A stretch of 32,000 bases of DNA from Candidatus Methanophagaceae archaeon (lineage in GTDB: Archaea > Halobacteriota > Syntropharchaeia > Alkanophagales > Methanospirareceae), in contig PQXB01000001.1 of assembly GCA_003194425.1 (NCBI GenBank), positions 580,444 through 612,443 on the forward strand, in the 5' to 3' direction. Positions 23,256 to 29,634 of the stretch are shown here, in pieces (the stretch's first letter is position 1; each line of letters begins with the position of its first letter). The notes beneath the pieces are model-generated. The model saw only the letters and a program-made list of their open reading frames with translations. It did not search any database and had not been told where the DNA came from. The translations under genes were made by a program, and so were the position numbers.

Positions 23256-23318
23256 TTTAGGGAAAGGGAAGAGAAATGGAAAAGAAGTTTAGGGAAGGGA
23301 AGAGAAATGGAAAAGAAG
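23256..23318. repeat. 32/31-nt tandem duplication of the ribosome-binding/start region of the downstream gene
   Basis: The copies are tttagggaaagggaagagaaATGgaaaagaag (23256-23287) and tttagggaagggaagagaaATGgaaaagaag (23288-23318). The ATGs at 23276 and 23307 are 31 nt apart, so they are out of frame. Confidence 0.95.
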
Positions 23319-23786
23319 AGAGGAATTGTTGGATTTACAGGGACATTTAGAGAGTGTGTGGCGGATGTGAGCGAGGGGTCAAAGGTGGTCTTTACGGGCT
23401 CGGTGGCGGTCTGCACGCCGTTTATTGAGTTGCTGGCTTACACGGTGCGGGACAGGGGTTTTGAGATGTTGTACGTGCCGCGGGCGGACGCGACGGAGGC
23501 GAGGAAGATAAAGGAAATCGCGAATGTCGGCTACAGCGTTGTAGACGAGAAGGGCGACCCAAAGGGGGCAGACGCGGTTGTCGTGCTCGGCGGGTTGGCG
23601 ATGCCGAAGTTTGGGTGCGAGCCAGAGAAGGTTGTTCGTCTGATTGAGGAACTGTCAGGCGAGAAAGAGCAGAAACCGAAAATCGTCGGCGTCGGATTTA
23701 TGAACATCTTTGAGAACGCGGGCTGGGTCAGGAAAATACACTTTAATACGCTGATGGACACGACGATGGAGAGCGAGGTTAAATAA
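23307..23786 (+). CDS. Hypothetical protein (conserved-looking alpha/beta protein, function unknown)
   Basis: 159 aa with non-repetitive, balanced composition (GIVGFTGTFRECV..., CTPFIELLAYTVRDRGF, ADAVVVLGGLAMPKFG). I do not recognise the family with confidence. Confidence 0.6.
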   Translation: MEKKRGIVGFTGTFRECVADVSEGSKVVFTGSVAVCTPFIELLAYTVRDRGFEMLYVPRADATEARKIKEIANVGYSVVDEKGDPKGADAVVVLGGLAMPKFGCEPEKVVRLIEELSGEKEQKPKIVGVGFMNIFENAGWVRKIHFNTLMDTTMESEVK

Positions 23787-23798
23787 GTTAGCCGAGAA

Positions 23799-23871
23799 TG
23801 CGCCGGCCGGGATTTGAACCCGGGTTAGGGGCTTGGCAAGCCTCTGTGATACCAGGCTACACTACCGGCGC
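23799..23871 (-). tRNA. tRNA-Gly (anticodon GCC)
   Basis: The minus strand reads GCGCCGG-TA-GTGTAGCCTGGTATCAC-A-GAGGC-TTGCCAA-GCCCC-TAAC-CCGGG-TTCAAAT-CCCGG-CCGGCGC-A. The acceptor stem (7 bp) and T stem (5 bp) pair perfectly, and the T-loop is TTCAAAT. The anticodon loop is TT-GCC-AA. There is one A-C mismatch in the anticodon stem. No CCA is encoded. Confidence 0.85.
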
Positions 23872-24042
23872 ATATTTTTATTTATTGTCTCTTGAAATTT
23901 TGCTCCAATAAAGAAAGACTCACCCTTCGTCCTTATTTCAAAACGTGGCAGGAGTGAAGACTGATCAATTATCGACTCTACAAGAGGTAAAGGCTTCTCT
24001 TTCAGGTTTTTTCTATTCATTTATGCCTCCTTTCCTCCCCCT

Positions 24043-25437
24043 TTACACTATCTCAAAATCCTCCCCTAGCTTCGGTGCTACCGCCTCGCACCCGCAGTTC
24101 TCCCGCGCCCACGCCGCGAACTCCTCAGTCCGCTCGCCGTGAACCATAAAAACAACCTCCGTCCCGTTCCTGCAGAACCGCGAGACGAGCTCCTTTAGCT
24201 CCGAGTCGCCTGCGTGAGCCGAGAAGTCGTACTGCTCCACCTGCGAACGCACTTTCAGCACCTCGCCGTCCGCGTCCACGCAGCTCTCCTCAACCAGCCT
24301 CCGCCCGTTCGTGCCTTCAATCTGGTAGCCAGTAAGCAGGATTTTGCTCTTCGGGTCGTCGTACGTCCGCTTCAAATAGTACAGCACAGGACCGCCGTTG
24401 AGCATTCCTGCAGTGGTAACAATTACCGACGGCTTGGCGAGGGATTTCTTACGCTTCCGCGAATTCACGAACTCCGAGTCGCCGAACGCCGCGTTCAACG
24501 CCTTCGCATTCTTTAAGAACGACGGGTGGTTCTTGAACAGCCCAAAAACAGCCAGCCCCATTCCGTCAACAAAAGGCGTCAGCCCGTGCGAGTGCAGAAT
24601 CATTACGATCTCCTGCGTCCTTCCCACCGCAAAGCACGGCACAATCGCAGTGCCACCCGCGTTGAGTGTCTCTTTAACAGAATCTACGAACTCCTTTTCT
24701 AATTCCCGCCTGTCCCTGTGGTCTTTGCCGTAGTAAGTACTCTCGATGAGCAGAATGTCAGCGGCAGGGAAATCGTCTGGCGACGCACTCTTCATCAGCC
24801 GAGACGGGCCCGTTTTCGTGTCGCCCGTGTAAAACAGGCTTATTTCCTCGTCCTTTGCCTCTTTCTTCAAATGAATTCCCGAACTGCCCGGAATGTGTCC
24901 CGCGTTGTGCAACTCAAGATCGTAGTCCCCGCTGCCGTTCAACGCGACCCGCTCCCCGTAAGCAAGCGTCTGCGTCTTCTCGCCCAGCCACTTTACTTCT
25001 TCTTCGCCGAAGAGAGAAAAGCCCTGGTCTTTTCCAACTTTTATCGTGTCCCTGCTCAAGAGCTGTGCCAAGTCGCTCGTCACCGAAGTCATAAAAACCT
25101 CCGGCCCTGCTCCTCCAGACACTCCAGACACTCCAGACCCTCGCCCGCTCCCGCTTCCTGCCTTTCCGCTTCTACTCCTTCTTTTCCTTCGCTCTCCCTT
25201 TCCTGCTCCCGTTCCTGCTCTAACAGCCGAAGCCATCAAACTCGGAACCATTCCTGAGTGGTCAAGGTGTGCGTGTGAGATGACGACCGACTCTGGCGAA
25301 AATGTCCCCCCTCCGTTCGTCAGCGGAACCTCTGGCGGGTCCGACGGCCTGAGCCCGTAGTCCAAAACTATTTTCTCGTCTACCAAAATCGCAGACCGAC
25401 CTACCTCGTTGCAACCTCCAAGAAATTTTAACTTCAT
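24043..25437 (-). CDS. Metallo-beta-lactamase / beta-CASP family ribonuclease (aCPSF2-like, no KH domains)
   Basis: 464 aa. Matching segments: MKLKFLGGCNEVGRSAILV, VVISHAHLDHSGMVP, beta-CASP and C-terminal motifs (FSAHAG, MVHGE). A basic/Gly-Ser insertion reads GTGAGKGERRKRRSRSGKAGSGSGRGSGVSGVSGGAG. Confidence 0.8.
   Translation of the reverse strand: MKLKFLGGCNEVGRSAILVDEKIVLDYGLRPSDPPEVPLTNGGGTFSPESVVISHAHLDHSGMVPSLMASAVRAGTGAGKGERRKRRSRSGKAGSGSGRGSGVSGVSGGAGPEVFMTSVTSDLAQLLSRDTIKVGKDQGFSLFGEEEVKWLGEKTQTLAYGERVALNGSGDYDLELHNAGHIPGSSGIHLKKEAKDEEISLFYTGDTKTGPSRLMKSASPDDFPAADILLIESTYYGKDHRDRRELEKEFVDSVKETLNAGGTAIVPCFAVGRTQEIVMILHSHGLTPFVDGMGLAVFGLFKNHPSFLKNAKALNAAFGDSEFVNSRKRKKSLAKPSVIVTTAGMLNGGPVLYYLKRTYDDPKSKILLTGYQIEGTNGRRLVEESCVDADGEVLKVRSQVEQYDFSAHAGDSELKELVSRFCRNGTEVVFMVHGERTEEFAAWARENCGCEAVAPKLGEDFEIV
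25113..25139. repeat. 9-nt tandem repeat x3 (ctccagac[a/c]) in the beta-CASP gene
   Basis: Copies at 25113, 25122 and 25131. They encode GSGVSGVSG within a C/T-rich tract (about 25140-25215). Confidence 0.9.
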
Positions 25438-25478
25438 CTTTTTTTCACTTCTCTTTTTATTTAGTCTTTTTTTACTTC

Positions 25479-26048
25479 TTATTTAACTTCCGTCTTCGTA
25501 ATTTCCACCCTTCGCAGCGGGTAAACCTTCTTCGCAGCCTTGTAAATCTCGGACGACAACTTACCAAGAATTATTTCCTGCACAAGTTTGCCGAGTTCCA
25601 GGCTGCTCGCCCGCTTTGCAATTGTCTCCTGCATAATTTTTCGGATTAATTTTTTCTGCGTCCCGCTTGCTTTTCGCAGCGTGAAAGAAGACGACTTCAC
25701 GGACAACTCCTGCCCGTCTTTCGTCAGGACCTCAACCTTTGAATCCACCTTTGAAATCCCCTTCCTCGCTAAACTCCGCAAGTAACCGTTGTCCATTTTA
25801 TGCCCCTCAAATTTTGTGTAAGCGGTGTTCTGCCCTACTTCTTTCACTACTAACAGCAGTTTCAAGTTGGAACCCCGTATCAGTTTGCCTGTAACCTCGT
25901 CCAGTCCCAACTCAATTCTCCGTCCGATTAAGTTAGCGGGGTCGTCTGTCACGGTCTCCCCCGCGTTTACTTCGCCAAACATCTTCGGCGCTAACACCTT
26001 GTACCACTCTTTCGCTTTCCACTTATCTTTTAGTCTTCTCTTTACCAC
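25479..26048 (-). CDS. rps3ae: 30S ribosomal protein S3Ae (eS1)
   Basis: 189 aa. KDKWKAKEWYKVLAPKMFGE...ETV.DDP..LIGRRIE..L..VTG is characteristic of archaeal S3Ae. GTG start. Confidence 0.9.
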   Translation of the reverse strand: MVKRRLKDKWKAKEWYKVLAPKMFGEVNAGETVTDDPANLIGRRIELGLDEVTGKLIRGSNLKLLLVVKEVGQNTAYTKFEGHKMDNGYLRSLARKGISKVDSKVEVLTKDGQELSVKSSSFTLRKASGTQKKLIRKIMQETIAKRASSLELGKLVQEIILGKLSSEIYKAAKKVYPLRRVEITKTEVK

Positions 26049-26099
26049 TACTCTCGCTCCTTTCCTTATTTTACTGTTTTTTATAAATAAACCTTTGAC

Positions 26100-27068
26100 T
26101 TAAAAGTCTTTTAGAAAGTACTGCAAGACCGACTCAAAAATCAGTCTCCCGTCTCCGTTCTCCTTCCTCCCTTCCCTTTCCTTTTCCCCTTTTCTTTCCC
26201 CTTCCCTTTCCCGCCTTTCCCCTTCCCTTCCCCGCCTTTCCCCTTCCCTTCCCCGCGCTCTCGTCCACTCAGAGTCGGTAAAAGCGAAAAACGCCCGCTC
26301 AGGGTGTGGCATTAGCCCAAAAATGTTGCCCTCGGGGTTGCAGATTCCCGCGATGTTAGAGAGCGAGCCGTTGGGGTTCCAGGGGTAGCCCGCGTAATTT
26401 CCTACGGGGTCAACGTAGCGGAAAACAATCTGGTCGTTCTCCTCCAGACGCCGCAGGTACTCCTCCCGCTCCCTCTCCCGCTCCCTCTCCCTTCCCCCTC
26501 CTTCTCTGCCCGCCACAACAAACTTCCCCTCCGCGTGAGCGCACGGCATTTTCAGGACGCTCCCTCTCTCTACCGCTCGCGTGAAAACGCAGTTCCCTCT
26601 GCTCTCGTGCTTCAGAAGCGTTGGACGGCACTCAAACCGAGCGGAATCGTTCGTCGTCAGTGCCGCCTGCTGCTGCGTTGCACCTTCAAAACCAGGAAGC
26701 AGCCCCAGCTCCACCAAGACCTGAAAGCCGTTGCAAATTCCCAAGACAGGCTTTCCACTCTCTGTAAATCCCTCAATTTCGCGACCCAGCGCGCCTTTCA
26801 GCCTCGCAGCGAGAATCGCCCCCGCCCGCACGTAGTCTCCAGCAGAGAAACCGCCGGGAATCACCAACAGGTCGTAATCTTCCAAACTCCGCCGCTCTCG
26901 CTCTTTCACCCGCCCTGCCCGCTCTTTCACCCGCCCTGCCCCAGCCCTCTCCAACTGCTTAAGGTGCACGATTTCTACCGACGCACCCAGCCGCTTAAAA
27001 GCTAAGGCTGTCTCGAGTTCGCAGTTTGTTCCTTCAATCCGCAGGACGCAGATTTTCGGTGCTTTCAT
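26100..27068 (-). CDS. purQ: Phosphoribosylformylglycinamidine synthase, glutamine amidotransferase subunit PurQ
   Basis: Matching segments: KICVLRIEGTNCE, LVIPGGFSAGDY.RAGAI, PVLGICNGFQVL.E.GLLPG, AHAEG.F, YP.NPNGS...IAGI.N..GN.FGLMPHPER. At 322 aa it carries three separate low-complexity repeat insertions. Confidence 0.9.
   Translation of the reverse strand: MKAPKICVLRIEGTNCELETALAFKRLGASVEIVHLKQLERAGAGRVKERAGRVKERERRSLEDYDLLVIPGGFSAGDYVRAGAILAARLKGALGREIEGFTESGKPVLGICNGFQVLVELGLLPGFEGATQQQAALTTNDSARFECRPTLLKHESRGNCVFTRAVERGSVLKMPCAHAEGKFVVAGREGGGREREREREREEYLRRLEENDQIVFRYVDPVGNYAGYPWNPNGSLSNIAGICNPEGNIFGLMPHPERAFFAFTDSEWTRARGREGERRGREGERREREGERKGEKEREGRKENGDGRLIFESVLQYFLKDF
26212..26253. 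repeat. 21-nt tandem repeat x2 (cgcctttccccttcccttccc) in the purQ 3' region
   Basis: Perfect copies at 26212-26232 and 26233-26253 inside a longer C/T tract (about 26160-26265). The region encodes RGREGERRGREGERREREGERKGEKEREGRK. Confidence 0.95.
26463..26486. repeat. 12-nt tandem repeat x2 (ctcccgctccct) in purQ
   Basis: Copies at 26463-26474 and 26475-26486. They encode part of GGREREREREREE. Confidence 0.9.
26901..26942. repeat. 21-nt tandem repeat x2 (ctctttcacccgccctgccc[g/c]) in the purQ 5' region
   Basis: Copies at 26901-26921 and 26922-26942. They encode AGRVKER AGRVKER. Confidence 0.95.
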
Positions 27069-27085
27069 CTTTTCTTAGGTTTAAT

Positions 27086-27952
27086 TTATATCGGTATCGG
27101 CAGTTTAATTCCCAATCCGTTCCTTATCATCACCCAACCCATATAGAGCATCACAGCGATGAACACATATCGCAACTGTTTCGCAGGCAATCTATGCGCA
27201 GCTCTGACGCCTACCTGTGCCATCGGCACGCTCGTTGCTGCGAGCAGAATCCACGATTCGAGGTTCATGTATCCCAGCATGTGAAGATTGTGGAACACGA
27301 AGGGTATGCCCGCTTTCAAGCCGTTGTAGATGTAGCCAATGAGTCCACCGATGGCGGTGAATATCATCAGTGCGGTGGAAGTGCCAACTGCGCGGTGTAT
27401 TCCGAATGACAGCGCAACCACCATTACCGGTATCATAAGCACGCCACCGCCTATGCCGATGATGCCAGTAACGATGCCGAGCGGAATGCCCCAAAGAATC
27501 CATAACAGCGGATTGTCCACGGGCTTCTTTCCGGTAACCTCAGGCGGTTTCGCCGTGAGCATTCTGAGCGCACCGGCAATGATCGCGGAGCCGAAGGCTA
27601 TACTCAGAATCCAGCCCAATTCCTTTTCCACGAGCGTCGCTGCGATGGTCGCACCAATGACCGCTCCTGCTGCGCCAGATACGCCGAGAAAAATCGCCGC
27701 TTTCCACCATACCGCGTCCTTCTTCGTATGCCCATAAGCGCCACTCGCTGCTGTCGGAAGCACCACGAACAGGTTTGTGCCGAAGGCAATTGCCACTGCG
27801 GTATTGAATGGTATTCCCAGAGCTGTATATGCCCAGACCTGAACGGGAATCATAATGAAACAACCGCCGACACCGAGTAGTCCACTTGCAAATCCCACGC
27901 CGAGTCCGGTAATTAGCAGCACGATTGCCGCTATAAAAAAAGATACAGGCAT
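27086..27952 (-). CDS. TauE/SafE (TSUP) family anion-exporter-like membrane protein
   Basis: 288 aa with about 8 TM segments. The duplicated signature GLLGVGGCFIMIPV / GIIGIGGGVLMIPV is typical of TSUP proteins. Confidence 0.8.
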   Translation of the reverse strand: MPVSFFIAAIVLLITGLGVGFASGLLGVGGCFIMIPVQVWAYTALGIPFNTAVAIAFGTNLFVVLPTAASGAYGHTKKDAVWWKAAIFLGVSGAAGAVIGATIAATLVEKELGWILSIAFGSAIIAGALRMLTAKPPEVTGKKPVDNPLLWILWGIPLGIVTGIIGIGGGVLMIPVMVVALSFGIHRAVGTSTALMIFTAIGGLIGYIYNGLKAGIPFVFHNLHMLGYMNLESWILLAATSVPMAQVGVRAAHRLPAKQLRYVFIAVMLYMGWVMIRNGLGIKLPIPI

Positions 27953-28198
27953 TATGCCTCTCCTCCTTTTATTGACTCCCTCAACGCTTCTCGCAAATCT
28001 TCCTTCCGCTGCCCAAAGAGTTCAAATGTCATTGATCTCTTTATCTCTCCTTTTTTTTCCATGCTCTCTCCTCTTTCGCTCATTTTACTATTTTCAGAAT
28101 CTCCTCTACTCTATATTCCTGTTTACTATTCTGTAATATACACTTTTTCCATCTCTTCTGGAACTGACAAAAAAGAGACACGAAAAAGGAGGCGGAGC

Positions 28199-28224
28199 GG
28201 AGGTTGTGTTTGGAGGTTGTGTTT
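28199..28224. repeat. 13-nt tandem duplication (ggaggttgtgttt x2)
   Basis: Copies at 28199-28211 and 28212-28224. The unit is not a multiple of 3. It lies in the poorly coding region between the TauE and flavodoxin genes. Confidence 0.9.
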
Positions 28225-28577
28225 AAGAAGTGATTTTTTTCTCTTTAGGTACCGCTCGCACTGCTTCACCCGGTCGTAGCCGAGCATCGTGCCGAGAATA
28301 AAATCCTCCTCGTCGGTCAAGTTTGACAACGACAAAGTTCATCGCCTTGACGACCTCAATGCAGACGGGTTGCCGAAGAAGACATTTATCCTGGTCTCGT
28401 TGACCTTTTGAATAAAATATTCTACAGACTCTTTTCTCAACCTCCGCTCAACTGCAGCCCTCTTCTCGGCTTTTGTCGTGTGAAGGACGAATAAAAAATA
28501 AAATAAAAAGTGGTTAAAGGAAGAGAAAGGGACAAAGGAAATCGGAGTTAAACCGCTTTAGCGACCTTTTACCCCCA

Positions 28578-29042
28578 CTACTCGGCGTCCTCGAACGCAG
28601 GCTCGAGCTCTCCGTCAACCTTGAACCCCTCGGCAACGACCTCAGCACAGCACTTCTTTAGCACCTCCTTAAGAGAGTCCACTGCCACGCAGAACGAGTC
28701 CGGGTACTCCTCGCTGTCGCCCGGACCAAAGACCGCTACCTTCTTTCCCGCGAGCGAAATTCCACTCCCGTCTCCGCTCCCGTCTCCGCTCCCTTCCCCA
28801 GTCCCTTTCCCTTTCAACGCTTCGTAGAAGTTCACGAAGTCATCCTGCAGGTCGCCCTCACCCCAGGTGGAGCAGCCAAAGACAACCGCGTCGTAACCCG
28901 CGAGTTCGTCAACGCTCGTCTCTGCCACGTTCTTCACCGTAACGCTCGCCATTCCGCGCTCGAGCCCCGCTGCCACGTGCTCGGAGAGCATTTCCGTGTT
29001 CCCTGTCGTCGAGCCAAAAACCAAAATTACCTTCTTCGCCAT
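28578..29042 (-). CDS. Flavodoxin (short-chain type)
   Basis: 154 aa. Matching segments: KKVILVFGSTTGNTE (FMN phosphate loop), YDAVVFGCSTWGEGDLQDDF, KKVAVFGPGDSE.YPD.FC.AVD. An insertion GKGTGEGSGDGSGDGSG is present. Confidence 0.9.
   Translation of the reverse strand: MAKKVILVFGSTTGNTEMLSEHVAAGLERGMASVTVKNVAETSVDELAGYDAVVFGCSTWGEGDLQDDFVNFYEALKGKGTGEGSGDGSGDGSGISLAGKKVAVFGPGDSEEYPDSFCVAVDSLKEVLKKCCAEVVAEGFKVDGELEPAFEDAE
28764..28787. repeat. 12-nt tandem repeat x2 plus a partial copy (ctcccgtctccg) in the flavodoxin gene
   Basis: Copies at 28764-28775 and 28776-28787. They encode GSGDGSGDGSG. Confidence 0.9.
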
Positions 29043-29091
29043 TTTTCTTTCCTCCTTCTTCTTTTTCTCTAAATTTTCGTTGAGTTCTTTA

Positions 29092-29121
29092 GGCTTTAGG
29101 CGAAAGGGCTTTAGGCGAAAG
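29092..29121. repeat. Intergenic 15-nt tandem duplication (ggctttaggcgaaag x2) upstream of the flavodoxin gene
   Basis: Copies at 29092-29106 and 29107-29121, 50-80 nt upstream of the flavodoxin ATG (29042). Confidence 0.9.
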
Positions 29122-29420
29122 TACGGCAGTTAGGGGCATAAATAATGAGTCCTTTCAAGATTAGAGAAAGTAGAGTCAGCCAAAACAAATTAGATTTTTT
29201 GACGAAACCGAAACCCTCTGACCCTTTTTGACCCTTTTAACTCCTTTTTCGGGCTCGTTGCGGCTCTCGCACTCTGCGTGGTCACCGACTTTGCAGCCGC
29301 GTTCGGGCAGGTGTGGAGACGCTTGTAATCGCTTTGTTCGTGCTTCTCGGCGTTAAGGTCGCTTCAATCGTTTCGGGCTGGGTGTGTTTAAAAAGAGTCA
29401 AAACAAAACATAAAAAAATT

Positions 29421-29609
29421 ATGCGTCAAAAGATACTTTTGACGGCGGCTCTTCTCTTCGCCGTTGCAGCGGCGGTGGCAGCAGGAGGAGTCGCACCAGC
29501 GACCGCAGCCGCGAACGCAAACATCGTAGTAACCAAGGTCGCACCAACCGACCTTTCACCAGGCGAGACGAAAGAGGTAACGCTGACCGTGAAGAAACAG
29601 GTCTTTTAG
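29421..29609 (+). CDS. Short ORF: signal peptide plus the first strand(s) of an S-layer/CARDB-like domain (probable truncated surface-protein gene)
   Basis: MRQKILLTAALLFAVAAAVAAGGVAPATAAANANIVVTKVAPTDLSPGETKEVTLTVKKQVF*. This is a clear Sec-type signal followed by the usual opening of CARDB/COG1361-type domains (P..L.PGE...V.L.V.N), which stops after 62 aa. I prefer the ATG at 29421 over the GTG at 29313. Confidence 0.4.
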   Translation: MRQKILLTAALLFAVAAAVAAGGVAPATAAANANIVVTKVAPTDLSPGETKEVTLTVKKQVF

Positions 29610-29634
29610 GATTTTGTAAAAGGAAAAAGTGCGA

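Noticed and set aside
23859-24020. 53-aa minus-strand ORF (MNRKNLKEKPLPLVESIIDQ...) with a good aggagg SD just after the beta-CASP gene
   Set aside because: It runs into and overlaps the 5' end of the tRNA-Gly gene and has no recognisable motif. The region is more likely tRNA promoter or leader sequence.
27952-28062. 36-aa ORF (MEKKGEIKRSMTFELFGQRKEDLREALRESIKGGEA) whose TAA overlaps the TauE ATG (TAATG)
   Set aside because: The coupling geometry is suggestive. However, the ORF is very short, I recognise no family, and the purine-rich end doubles as the TauE ribosome-binding site. The evidence is insufficient to call a gene.
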